A stretch of DNA of 64,000 nucleotides from Paraphysomonas bandaiensis. Lineage: Eukaryota; Protista; Chrysophyceae. Of this stretch, positions 1-12,433 are shown piece after piece; within the stretch, counting starts at the first letter, position 1, and each line of letters starts with the position of its first letter. The position numbers were made by a program, and so were the translations under genes. Where the stretch lies: NCBI GenBank assembly GCA_965644295.1, contig CBFFRP010000410.1, positions 1-64,000 on the forward strand, read 5' to 3'. The notes beneath the pieces are model-generated. The model was not told the origin of the DNA, searched no databases, and saw only the letters and a list, made by a program, of their open reading frames with translations.

Positions 1-326
1 ATTATAACTCACAGATACAATCATGTATTAAGCTGAATCCTAATACAGAGTAGCAGTCACTAGTTAATAATAAGCGAACTGCAGAGATGCCACTTTGTGA
101 GACCATCCTTCTAGTCCAGCACCATGATATGTATTGAACAAAAGTAAAAATAATGGTAAAAACACCGTGTGTAACTCGAACTATCCACCTAGGTCGCTTG
201 TGGCTTTTGGTAATTGTGATTTTGGTGTCTCTGAGATTGTTGATCGCTTTCTGTTGTTGTTGAGTGGGATGTCGAACTTAGCTCCCCCCATCAATGTAGT
301 TCACAATATGAGGAAGTTAGTTGCTC

Positions 327-410
327 CTAGAGTGGTTTCGTAAGAATATCTGCTAACATTGACTTGGTGGGTATATGATCAACAGTCAATATGTTCTCGA
401 ATTCATCCAC
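327..410 (-). mobile_element. Ty1/copia RNase H C-terminal remnant
   Basis: The minus ORF ends ILTVDHIPTKSMLADILTKPL, the copia RNase H terminal motif. A polypurine run (ggggggag on the minus strand, about 281-288) follows. The upstream part of the ORF matches poorly. Confidence 0.65.
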
Positions 411-714
411 AAAATCATGGACGGCATCTGCAATCACTAATTTGCAGTCTTGACCACGCACTTTGAGATCTAGACTTGATATTGAAATTGGACTATGTGC
501 CAACACACCGCAGACAGACACTGCGTGGTACAATGTAAGTGCTTCATCGATGTTGTTTTCTATGTCGAGATCATCCTCTACCAAAAAAAAGACATTACTT
601 TCGTCAAACAATTTAACCGAATTCACCCAGAACATCTTATTGGACATTGCATTTTCTACAGTTTACTCGCCTAATATAGTGCACCAAACTAAGAGATAAA
701 CCAACGAGTTTAAA

Positions 715-1323
715 GTCGATGTGATGCCCAAACCTGGTAAAGCGGTCAAAAGCTGGTGAAATTTTGAAAATGTTGATTTAAGTTGAAGTTTTGTTGCGTT
801 TTGCAATTAATAATGTAGTAGGTGTAAAGAGAACATGTTTTTAGAGACATTTAATAAATTTTATATTAGTTTCAGGTCAAAAAAGTGAGAATGCAACGGT
901 TACATTATACGTAGTAGTGCTATCTATACCCTAATACAACATATAGCCATCACATAACCAATAGGTCACACATCTCTATTACTAGAGTATTCAGTCAGTT
1001 CAACATATACATCACTCGATCAACACACGTCATACACTATCTCTCAGCGGTACAACATGAGCATACTGAGTATTCACTCAGCTCATCGTGAGACACACGT
1101 TGTATAACAATATCTATAATGTATTCACACCGCTCAACGAGATAACACACATTGCAACTGTGATACAACATATAATCATCACAGAACCATTTCACGCCAC
1201 ACATACTATCTCATGATACAGTATTCACCCAGCTCAACATATACATCACTCAACCAAAACACGTCATACACTCTCTCTCAGCGGTATAACAATCACTTTA
1301 CCAGGTTTGGGCATCACATCGAC
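715..1323. mobile_element. Non-autonomous TIR DNA transposon (MITE), probably PIF/Harbinger- or Spy-like
   Basis: Perfect 28-bp TIR gtcgatgtgatgcccaaacctggtaaag (715-742) and its reverse complement (1296-1323). Flanks are aaa|...|ttt; alternatively a 30-bp TIR with a tta TSD at 710-712 and 1326-1328. No long ORF. Internal ~70-bp direct repeat (about 986-1058 and 1220-1291). Confidence 0.85.
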
Positions 1324-1338
1324 TTTTACATCTTATTT

Positions 1339-2391
1339 CTATACCTGACTGATGAGATACTCCACGTCGTTGATTGCGCGATAAAGCGTAGGTGAGGGGC
1401 TGTTTATGTCAAACTCGTCACTGTACTCGAATTCTGACAGCACTTTTTGGATGAGACGAAGCACGTGTAACATATCACGTTGAATATCCTGGACACTCAA
1501 CCCCACCTTGTCTTGATGTACAATTGAATGGATGAACCATACCGCGAAAAACGCATCAATGCTGCCGTCAATAAGAATGGTGTCGAGCACATTAACTATA
1601 TTACGCCAAGCATCATTACCAGGAAAATAGTCGTCCCTCCACTCTGCGTCCGCCTTCAAAATAAGCACGGTATCTTTAAGTCGGCACCATGGAAGATTGG
1701 TAAGTGCCTGAATGCAGACCTTATGAGTTGACATCGGTGGTTGGAATGCAGCCAATCCATTGGGATTATTTACAGCTACGGTCACATGGCCGGGCTCCAA
1801 ATCATTGGCATCAATTATCCAATCAGTAACCGAAACAGATGCACCCTGGTCCAAATACACTGCAATTACTGATCGAACTTTGGAAACGGAAAAATTGTTT
1901 TTCGTCAACCGTTCACGCTCTCTTAATTCAGAAGATGTGGGAAAGGTGTCCATTCGGTCAAGAAGCACATGTTGCGCACACGGACACTCCAAATAGCACG
2001 ATAATCCTTTAAACGCACCTGGGACTAATTTTGGCTGTGCAATTGCCATTTCTGTATCAACATCAAACAACACATCGGTACCTTCCCGAAGAACTAAGGC
2101 ACGAGAAATTGATTCACACTCGTCTTCATCTTTCCTTTTGAAATCGACATATCTCCATATTCGTTTTGAAAGAAGTCCCGTGTTGTTCAATCTATCGCGT
2201 GGCTTCAGCATCGATTGGAGTGCTTTGTAGTCGTTAGATTCGTTATCAACAATTTCCATCAAACTCTCAATGTGGTAAAATCGAAGGTCATCGATGTAGC
2301 AAGGAACAAGCTCGTCTGGTGATTTACCCAGTGTCGAACACAAACCTATCATATTAATTCCGAAACTTTTAAAGCATTTCTCTGTTTCCAT
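1339..2391 (-). CDS. Hypothetical protein, 350 aa, intronless
   Basis: Long ATG-started ORF in AT-rich DNA; no motif recognised. Confidence 0.6.
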   Translation of the reverse strand: METEKCFKSFGINMIGLCSTLGKSPDELVPCYIDDLRFYHIESLMEIVDNESNDYKALQSMLKPRDRLNNTGLLSKRIWRYVDFKRKDEDECESISRALVLREGTDVLFDVDTEMAIAQPKLVPGAFKGLSCYLECPCAQHVLLDRMDTFPTSSELRERERLTKNNFSVSKVRSVIAVYLDQGASVSVTDWIIDANDLEPGHVTVAVNNPNGLAAFQPPMSTHKVCIQALTNLPWCRLKDTVLILKADAEWRDDYFPGNDAWRNIVNVLDTILIDGSIDAFFAVWFIHSIVHQDKVGLSVQDIQRDMLHVLRLIQKVLSEFEYSDEFDINSPSPTLYRAINDVEYLISQV

Positions 2392-3841
2392 TATTGCAAA
2401 TGTGTTCTGTGTTTATATTATGACGTTCCTGACTAATAATAGTGTTAATATGAGGCCACGTGCATGATAATCAAAACTCTTGTTCAATGAAAAAAACAAA
2501 GTACGGTGTCCATCCAATATATTCATGTCTTTCCAATATATATGGCATGAAACCCCCCTTTTCTTTACAAACACTGGTTTTTGATTGTTTCTCCTATAAA
2601 AAGGGGTTAATCAAGTGCAATTGCATATACATAGTAAGAGTTTTGTTTCCTTTAAGTTAATCAGGGAAGCAACCCTCAAATAGGTATGCATTCTAGATAT
2701 CAGGAATTATGAGGATAAGCTACAATTCAACCTAGGGATAAGGAGTATCGCCCCTTGTCCAAATTTTATATTTCATACATATCAGTGGTTAAGTATGTAA
2801 CTGTATATATATAATCTACTGATAACGTGACGCGAAAATATAATAAAAAATGTAATGACACAACTGCCTGAAGTTTCGGTGAGACGTAACAAAAATATTA
2901 TACGAAATAGTAAGAATTAAGTTTCTTTGATTTCATTGTTGCATGATTTCTCCTCTCCCTGCATCAATAAAGGATACGGTAAGGTATTACATTGAGATGA
3001 CAATTATTTTTCTTTTATTAACTACAACCTACTCCATAGATAGATAGATAGTACGTACTTGTAGCTTGTTAATGTTTATCACCTGTTGAGTTCTGCTGTA
3101 TGATGTGATATATATTGTGCAATTGAAATGAGTTAAGAGTGTGCAATAGGTGAAGTCAACCCATAGGTGTAACGGGTGATCATAGTCACAAAGGAATTAA
3201 ATTAAGTTCCTGATGTGTGACTATATAAGATATAGGACTGTCTGATGAACATATGATAAAGATAAACAGATTTTGCTGAGAACAGATGTTACACGAATGT
3301 GTAGTGAAGTGTTCAGAACAGTAATTATAATTTCTTACTAGAAACTTGAAAGTGCATTGTGTTCAACTTAATGTCCAATTATGACATCGCCAGTAGTTAT
3401 CCTGTATTCTGTGTAGCAATTACGTACAGAATCTACGAAACTAGGAATAGGAATAAAAACACTAGCTCTTAAAGATATGACTTGTAAAGAAAAATATTTG
3501 TATTGGTGATAGATGTGTTGCTACTATATATATCCCTATATATATAATTGTGCTTCCTAAGCAAACCCAATTCAACATCACCTATTAACATATTAATATC
3601 TCGTCCTGATTAATAGAAGTCTTTTATTTCGATATCTTATGAGTATTTGTATTTATTAATATAGCACTATTTTCCACACTAGCACTACGCAGTGTCACTT
3701 CACTCCAATAAAAAGTATATAAAAAAGCAACTAATTGGTTAACGTCTTTGAAATAAATATTGCAACGCCAACGTCGCAAAAGCATAATGCTCATATCATA
3801 CCATCCAACACTCAAGTAACACTTAAAACGAAAATAACTTA

Positions 3842-4619
3842 CTATAAGAACTTGACACCATCCTCATCTGAGTTTGCACCCTCTATTACCGTACACTACA
3901 TGCAGTCAATACAAGAAATTGAGAATATCTTTATTCACTTACTTTATTCTGCTTTTCTAAGGCATAGAGTGCTCGTTTGAAAAGGTATGGATCAGTCTGA
4001 CCAAATCCTGCGAACCCGACGTCACAAAAACACTCAACTATATATCCATCCATTCACCTGAATCGCTATACTCTTCTCCATTTAAAAGCTCATACACTGT
4101 AAATACCGTGCCAATATATCCATTACTTGTAACCTGTTGCAACTATAAGCTCCGTAGTGCATTGATGTTCAATATTACCCAGGAGTATATATCTGACGCT
4201 ACGGCTTCAGCTGTGCGCCACATGATTCGAGCCCTAGAGCGGTTATCATCCTCCCATTCCGCATTGCCTATAAAAAATCAGAAACAGAATCTTAACCAAC
4301 AGAGTTTCCCACTACATATTTCGTACCAGATGCAATGAGGTGAGATATGACGGCCAACACGCCTTCTCTACTGAGCTTTCGGTCTATAGACTGATTCTCA
4401 AAGTAAGGAAACTCAGTCAAGGTCATTGTATGTAAATTTCGAGTCATATGATACTCTAATATAAGCTGCTTCCATATATCGAGTTGCTTTATGCGAGTGG
4501 CTTGAACAGGCTGAATCCTGCAACACAATAACCACAACACACACACTGCAGATATATAATTACGTGAAAAAAGGAGGAAAAGACCACAACTCCGGTGGAT
4601 TGAAGTCGAAAGAGGTCAT
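3842..4619 (-). CDS. VPS25: ESCRT-II subunit VPS25 (multi-exon)
   Basis: Spliced reading MTSFDFNPPELWSFPPFFT / IQPVQATRIKQLDIWKQLIL...FENQSIDRKLS / AEWED...IMWRT / DGVKFL*. The FPPFFT N-terminus and GVKF C-terminus are VPS25 hallmarks. Confidence 0.9.
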
Positions 4620-5077
4620 GATAGCGGATGGTTATTGAGGGGTCTTCGGTGTTATGTGGTGGCAAGGGTTATAGTTACTCTTACAGTATATATATGCATA
4701 CTCTGCATTGATATGCTCTGTATCAACTACACATCCGTATGACTGTATAAAACAACACTATATACGCATACCGTATATACAGCAATATACTGTATGACTA
4801 TTTTTTTCTCTTGAATTTTCTCTTCGTTCTTCTCATCAAAAAAATGAATGAAAAGATTGCTATCGCTGCGCTGTAGTTCTATAGGAAGTGTTGTACTGTA
4901 CGCTGCTGTAGGAGATAATTACACCTCTACACTATACCACACTGCCGAGTAGCTCTTCACTCTACCTTATAACATAACCATACAGCACACAGCATACAGC
5001 AGTGTTGACGGATCATTGAAATCAACTCACATACCTACTAAATTATCCACCAATAAATAACTGGAGATACCAACTCA

Positions 5078-8000
5078 ATGCTAGCTCTGCCTATAAAGCG
5101 CACGAATCAGTATGATTTGTCGTCTAATTTAATTGATTTTCTGAAGAAAGAGTGCACTGATGATGAGGTCAACAAACTAACGCAAGATGTAAACACTCTT
5201 CAACAACTTAGGAATAATATTTGTGGAGCTCATGCCACCTCAGGTGAGTCCGGCTTACAGCAGTTGATGATCTATCACCACCATATGAAATCTGTATCGA
5301 AACGTCTCTCTGGATATGAGTCTGAAACAAAATTTCGCTTCACATGGACGGATGCGTTTCGTCCGAGTATTCGCTGTGTATCTGGTAGTCTATATTTTGA
5401 TTGGGCGTGTGTGTTGTGGAACATTGCGAGTTTGGAATCGAACATGGGCTCAATACTTGATCGAGGATCTGACGAGGGTGTTCGTGCTGCAAGTTTGCAC
5501 TACCAGCAGGCTGCAGGTGTAATAGAATTTATGCGTACTGAAGTTACACCGAAAATTATTGGCTCCAAGTCCCCAGAATTTGTGGAAAACTTTCTTCAGA
5601 TGGCAGTAAGTTTACTGCTTGCCCAGGCTCAGGTCTGCTTTTATGAGAAGGCAGTGAGGGAACGGAAGACAGGAACTATGAAGCCCGCGATAATAGCCAA
5701 GTTAGCTAGTCAGGTAGTTATTTTGCATTCTAATGCTGCATTTTGGTTAACGCGTACCGGTTATGTGGTGTCAGGTTGGGACATTTTACGAGAAAGCTGC
5801 TCACACATGCAAAGAGCGAGACGTTGCCTCAACTATTGATCCTTCCTGGACTCACCACATGGAATTTCAACGAGACAGCTTTAGGGGGGTGTCGGAATAC
5901 TGGCAAAGTATAGCGGCGAAAGAAGTGGCCCTTAGCCGGTTTGTTTTGTAAGTTATTCCTTTCTTGTCTCAAGAGTGTCGTGCGGTAGGGCTACGGGCTA
6001 CGGTGAGGAGATCACTCGGTTACGCCGCGCTGAAAGCATTGTGCACCAGGTATGTCATGTTTTCTGTCATGTTTCGTAAGCCTCGTCTTACGAGTTCTAT
6101 TAGGCGGTGCAGGTAGGCACTCAAAAGAAACTTGGACGACAGGTTCTGTCCATGGCCGAGAGCGTACTGGCTACCATTCAGCGAGCACGTGTGTCAGCTG
6201 AGAAAGACAATTCTACCGTGTATCATGATACCATTCCTGATCTCAGTAGCCTGTCACCAATTGTACCAGTACCTATGGTAAAAGCATTACCCATGTCTGC
6301 TTTATCGACGGACGAGAAGCCGCTTTTTGCTGGTCTACTCTCGAAGAATGTGCGGGAGCTTGAAGCCGCATACAGGCAACGCGCGGATGAACTTCTTAGA
6401 AATATCACGGCGGCCGCTACGAATGCTACTAATGAAGGCCGATCCTCTTTAAGCGCTATTGGGCTACCGGGAAGTCTGGAAGTATATAAAACAGGAGGAG
6501 TTCTTCCAGACAACATGTGGAAGAAAGTGCAACAGGTTCAATCTATGGGAGGATTGAACGAACTCAAACGGTAGTTGTACATACACTTGAGCGTAGTTGA
6601 CACTTTGGTGCAGTAAGTACGAAGATCTGGAAGGTCTTGCTAAGCGGGCACGAAACACCATCGATGGAATTGAAAACTCTATTAAGCGGTATCTCTTTCT
6701 AGTACCTTTAATTCTTTGTCTTATATGTTCTCAGTGAAGAGAACGCAGATAGAAGCTTTCGTCAGAGATATCCGGATTGCACATACACACCATCGGATCG
6801 TCTTAACGCAGAGATTGCGAATACAACTCGTCTTATGCTGCAAGCCTTCGAGAGTGCACGCAACAGTGATTCGGTGATAGCAAAGCACCTGAGAGATGCC
6901 CAATTTCTGGAACATATGCGTATGATGGGACTATCCCGAAGTGAAATTACAGATCTGCTTCCACGTGCCTCCTCGCCAGCCACAGGTATCAAATATCTAT
7001 TGTTTGGCATTTCCAACCTTATATTACTCGTGAACTAGCTTCACGATGCGATACGTCGAAGCTAGAGAGACTGTTGATTAGGATTGCGGATTTGTTTCAG
7101 GCACGCAGTGATGCTCTTCAGGCTCTTCAGGATCAAGTTTCTGCCGATGTGAGCGATACCTTCATGGATCTGTACAACAAATATATAGGAACGGGAGTAG
7201 GTGGTGCGAACGCAGAAATGGGGCTACCTGAGGATACCAAGAATTCTATCGTGTCTGCTCAAATGGCACAACTAGAGAAGTATGTGGAAGATGTGAACAA
7301 TACTCTCGTTGAGCAGAAAGAGATATTACAGAATGTGGGTATATAGGAGTGTTATGTTTTAGGAAATAGTGCGATTTACTTATCAAATTATAGGTGCATG
7401 AGGAGAACATATTGTTCACAAATGCCCGTGAGAATGATCCTACTACGCTGGAGCGTGAGAAAGTTATGAAGTCACTTGAACAAGGCATGTCGGCTTACTT
7501 CGCGATGCAGTCACAGCTCAATGCCGGGTGCACCTTTTACCGTGACATGCAGGTCTTACACCATATGGGTACTTGATATTGCTTACATGTATGTACAGTC
7601 TCGACTGACGTCTCTCATGCAACAATGCGACGACCTCAGTTACACACAGCAGCTTCAACGCCAGGAATATGAAGCTGACAGAATGAGAGCGCAAGATAGA
7701 ATGAGCCAGGTAAAGAAACTATTAACTCTCATTTCAGCAGCGTGTTACTCCATTACATGACTATTCATTTTGCAGGAAATGAAGGATCATGAGCTTGCAG
7801 TCCAATTAGCTGAGGAAATGAAAAGAGGTGCCAATATTTCTGCTCCTCCGGTACAGTCAGCGCCTCAGAACAGGTACATGTTGCTTTGTATTCTCGAACC
7901 TCCGTATCCAACACTGTGTTATATCATCCAGTGCATATGAGGGCTTTCAGCCAGCGGGAAAGCAAGAAGCACCCAATCCCTACAATGTGGTGTATGGTCA

Positions 8001-8801
8001 ACCGGTCAATGGCCCTCCTTCAGGATCTGCAGTGAGGACTAGCGGGTCGGCTCCATTTAATCCTAACACGAATCAGAGTGGCCAGCAACCTTCGCAGTCT
8101 TCACAGTCATATGTCTATAACGCTGGTTTTGGGTCTGAGCGAAATCAATTCCCTCAGCAGGGTCAGTCTCAAGGCTTGGGGTCTAATCCTCCTTCAATGC
8201 ATATGGGGGTCGGAGGATCCGCACCTTATGAGAAACAATTTGGGAGTCAGTTGCAGCATCAGTCGTCGCCATATTACTTCGGAAATCAATCGACTTCACA
8301 ACAATATGGACATCAGCCGATGTCACAACAGTACGGGAACCAACCGATGTCACAACAGTACGGGAATCAGTCGATGCCACAACAGTATGGCAATCAGCCG
8401 ACGTCACAACAGCAGCACGGGAATCAGTCTATGTCGCCTATTAATCAATCGTATCCGTCTCTCCCTGGGCCACTCCCACCTCAACATAATCAGCAGGTCC
8501 CATCTGGGCCAGGCGGCCCGGGGACAATAACGGAGGAGAAGGTGAGTGGTTACGTTGATGTTTACGAATCGTCTTTATTCGTGTGTTATGTGTGCAGATA
8601 AACCGTTTGGTCGAAATGGGATTTAGGCGGGATATTGTTGTTCAAGTGCTGAACTCAGTGAATGGTAGCGAAGAAGCTGCAGTGAGCGAGCTATTGAATT
8701 GCAGTCCTCCCCCTCCACCAGCATCACAGGAAAGTGATCAGGGAAAACCTGCACAGCAATCGCAGTCGAGTGGAATGTTTAGCAAGTTTTGGGGAAAGTA
8801 A
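5078..8801 (+). CDS. BRO1/ALIX-family protein (Bro1 domain, V domain, Q/P-rich region, C-terminal UBA)
   Basis: MLALPIKRT, FTWTDAF, ACVLWNIA, LLAQAQVCFYEKA, AEKDNSTVYHDTIP and GCTFYRD are Bro1/V-domain motifs. The last exons give EEKINRLVEMGFRRD..VLNSVNGSEEAAVSELL (UBA). Confidence 0.9.
8281..8436 (+). repeat. Coding 27-nt tandem repeat (GNQPMSQQY-like, about 5.5 units)
   Basis: Degenerate units gg(a/g/c)aa(t/c)ca(a/g)(t/c)cgatgtcacaacagta within the BRO1 gene. Confidence 0.85.
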
Positions 8802-9058
8802 CTCCCGCCTCTAATTGATGCACTGATGCTCTTTAGTTGATAGTAAAGTATAACATATAATACACGATTGTACGCTAACTCAGAAATGTAAACACCTGTT
8901 TCACATGTAGCTAAAGCGTTTTTCATTCCTTTCTTTTTTGACTCAGAATGTGTTATTTGTTATTATAACTCCAATCTCATCACTGGGAAAGCATAGCTTA
9001 TCTAGGTGCAATACGTAACTGGGACGATAACTCATCAACTTTCAGCAGTGAATGTCTG

Positions 9059-9487
9059 ATTATTAGCAACATGCGTGTAAGAGTCAGAACTGATGTATGT
9101 AGCAAACAATTTAACTAACTAGGGCTTAACACTAATATCCTACTATTTGATGCTACGAAAGCTGCTTGTGTGTTGTACTGCAAGCGCCAAAGTGCATCCA
9201 CTTTCGCTCTGTGTCCTTAAGGTGAACAAGCCCGGTTGCTTGACTACAGTAGGTGGGCCCATTTCCGGATGCCTGTTTATTCGTTAAAGCCCAAAAACGT
9301 CTACACAAGTGACACTAATTTGTGTCCTCCCTTGTACCACACAAGCATTTGGCTATGAGTGGGCAGAACAATATCTGCTGACTATATATGCGGCTCGAGT
9401 TAGTTTCGCGGAGAAATATTTCCGGTACTTATTCCCCAGAACACCAGGAAAAGGTGCGAGTCCGACTTTGTTGAGCGATTAACTTTC
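9059..9487 (+). repeat. Dispersed hairpin-rich repeat, copy 1
   Basis: Starts attattagcaa and ends ...ggtgcgagtccgactttgttgagcgattaactttc. Collinear with the copies at 22897-24498 and 31990-32537. Strand label is arbitrary. Confidence 0.85.
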
Positions 9488-10107
9488 ATAAATTGAAGTA
9501 AACTTGGCATTAGCATATCATGAGTTGAGCTACAATTTAACGTCGGGATATAACCTCCTTATGACTTAAACATAACTATATTAGTGCGTCTAATTATAAT
9601 TCCTTCTGGAGGAGTAGTTGATGCTTCTACCTCTTGAGCTTCACTGCGCATATATATTTATTAAATACGCCGGCGAGAACGGAAATTTGTACCTATTATA
9701 AATTTATCCGACGTTTTTACTAAGTTAAAATTCTATTCGATGCTACAATATTTTAATACGGCTCAACTGCAAGCTTTAGTTTAGTAGAAACGTCTACTAA
9801 CAAATTTAGCTCAATAGGTACAAGCGGAAATTTCAGTAGTTTTTAAAAATAACACCGCCGGTGAGAGAAGTGCGTAAAATTCATTGGAATTAACAGTCCT
9901 AGACGAATAAATGAATAAAGTGCGATTAAGTGGAATGCACAAAAACGTATATTTTAGTCATTAGTGCGTACAGCAATCACAATATATATCATGTTGGTAT
10001 GAGATATTGAAATAATTCTATCTAGCAATACACCATCACAACCACCGGCAAATGAGCCATAATAACAGCATAAAACACCTAGAAACATGGAAGCACAGTG
10101 CATATAT

Positions 10108-10800
10108 CTAGAGCGCTGATATCGCAAACCCTTGGGTGATTTCTTGCTCATGTGTTCTTATCTCTTGTTCTATGCGACGCCGTTCCATTGCCATCCTGAA
10201 AAAAGATTACGGGACTTCTATGAGACCATACTTTATAGTATACCTGACAGCATTCCTTCCCCTTCTTGCCGCAGACACTATCTGTTGCTGTGTGGTACCT
10301 TCTGATATAATATAAGCCGCAGTTAAGCGATCTGCTACATCAGGAACAAGAGCAACTCCTTCTGTCTCCTGCTGCCACTGTAGTGGCGTGAGCTTGCGTC
10401 GGCACACAGGACAGTCACTCCGATTCCGCGTTTTAAATTCATGTAGACACGCGAGATGAAACAAATGCTTCACAAAACATTAACATGAAGTACATTCTAT
10501 CGAACACATATAGCATACCTTGCACTGCGTCTCTGTAACCTCTCTGTCTATTTTGTTCTCAAGAGGGCTCAAACATATCGGACAATCTGACCTCTCCGAC
10601 TCCCTCTCCGGTGTTAATGTTAGTAGAAATGGAGATATTCTCTGTCGCATTGATAGTAATCATATCATATGTGGTTACATATAGAACACTCTTACGTTCT
10701 TTGGTGTGGTTTGTTCGGAGAGTGTTACCCGTATAGAGGGCTTCTGAGGTGTTTGATGGGACCCCACTTCACCCCTATTGATATCACCACTTGTATTCAT
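10108..10800 (-). CDS. RING-H2 finger protein (multi-exon)
   Basis: Spliced CPICLSPLE...TQCK/HLFHLACL...DCPVCR gives a C3H2C3 pattern. Confidence 0.8.
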
Positions 10801-11273
10801 ACTTCACTATTCGTGCGGTGTCTGCTTGTAGCTAGCTCCAGTTAACCCTCTGCTCTCTTATGGAAGTACCTGTACATAGATACTCATACCGTATATGGAC
10901 TTACTGCTCCTCTGCATATATAATTGGCTCAGTATTCGTCAGCATCTGCAGATATGCTCCTATGGAAACCAACTATTCCCACTTGATAGGCTGACTTTCA
11001 ACAGTGCTAATACTAACGGCCACTTCTGATAGCTGTATAAAAACAGTATTCCACTCGTATACCGCTAGACAGGTTATTTTTGGTGGAAGAAAAGTACAGT
11101 GTTTTTATGCAAAAATTTAGGGTTTTGAGGTGTCATATATCCATAAAATGCACATCACATAAAAACTAGTTCAAACTGCCCTTCTTATTTTAAAGGCACC
11201 CTCCTCTATAGACCTGCACATATACATGACAGGACGGCATATATCTGCATAAATCACAGTCATCTGTATTTTG

Positions 11274-11847
11274 ATGCAGTCTACTGGAAGAACTAAAGAT
11301 GCCACTATTATATCTAATGCATCTCGGCTCCCACTTGGCCGACGAAGCCACTTCTATATACTTATCAGCGGAGAAGAAGATCGATTAATCCCGATGTATT
11401 TGCATGTCATCGATAGGGATATCTCATGGCTCAATCAAAATCTAGGTGATGCATATGTAAATGAGTTGTTCTGTTTTGCTCTCACATATTTTCGCCTCAG
11501 ATGAAATACTAAACGACTTGTGTGCTGCTGTTGTGGACAACATCGATCTAATTCAAGTACAGGCGAAGGAAGCATCAAAATATGCGAATAAACGAATGCA
11601 AAGGATGAGGGGGGCTTCTATTTCTGTGGCATATACTACTCAAGCTAGAAGTAATCCCTGCAACTCTGTGCTGGTATACAAAGACGACCACTGCAGGACA
11701 CCGTCTGTAATACCCTTAGCTAGCTTTGTATTAAATCCGGTATATGTATTCCCCTACGATATTTCGAAATCTCATGCTCTTTTACCGATTGAGAGCCATC
11801 TCTCTGTCGATAGATATCTTACAGAGTTTTTTGATCTCAAGAGCTGA
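11274..11847 (+). CDS. Small hypothetical protein (2 exons); possible remote SLX4IP/UPF0492-like
   Basis: A GT-AG intron at about 11446-11500 joins two ORFs in frame (NL/DEIL). The similarity to SLX4IP is only an impression. Confidence 0.5.
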
Positions 11848-12433
11848 TATACTTGAATTTTTCGTATCTGTGTAGTAGATATGTAGATTGAAGTAGTCAC
11901 GAGAACTTCATAGTTTTGACTGACGTAAGTATGTTCCGTGAACTTTAATATGTATTAACAGTAACATATGTATTAACAGTAGGGTTGTCATACAAGCAGT
12001 GTTCATATACATCCCATTAAATGATAAGACAAAGAGAATTATTTAAATTTCATTCGGTGAACTGTGACATATGACAGGTTAACAACCTGCACAGTCTGAA
12101 TGCAGCAAATCTGAAACCTAGGATATACTGACTTCCAAACTCACGTTCTCAACTAGAATAGATGCTATTTTCTTTCCTCCCCTACACATTTCAATTATTT
12201 TAGCGTAGAAATACCATACAAATATATTTAGAATTCCTAATTTCATTTTTTAATGTCGTACGTAAACCACATAAATATTTCAAAGTAAAAGTTGAGTAGT
12301 AGTTTACCAGTTTAGTTACATATGGCGGCACGCAAACATATTAAATTCTATTGCAACTATAAACATCCCTACAAATGTCTATTGAATTTCATACGCTTAA
12401 AGGATGGGCCGTACGGCATCACATGCACGACAT

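Noticed and set aside
986-1291. Spaced gtattca... repeats resembling a CRISPR array
   Set aside because: The units are degenerate and irregular, the 'spacers' are themselves repeated, they lie inside a MITE, and there are no cas genes.
9370-9487. Group I intron reading of the structured repeat (gacta...aaggtgcgagtcc resembles the R/S elements)
   Set aside because: P7 pairing is imperfect, copy 3 has gtcta rather than gacta, no convincing P3/P4-P6 was found, and the copies are intergenic.
9445-9487. Likeness of the repeat's end to a Cas9 tracrRNA 3' hairpin
   Set aside because: Only a few shared bases and no anti-repeat; most likely chance.
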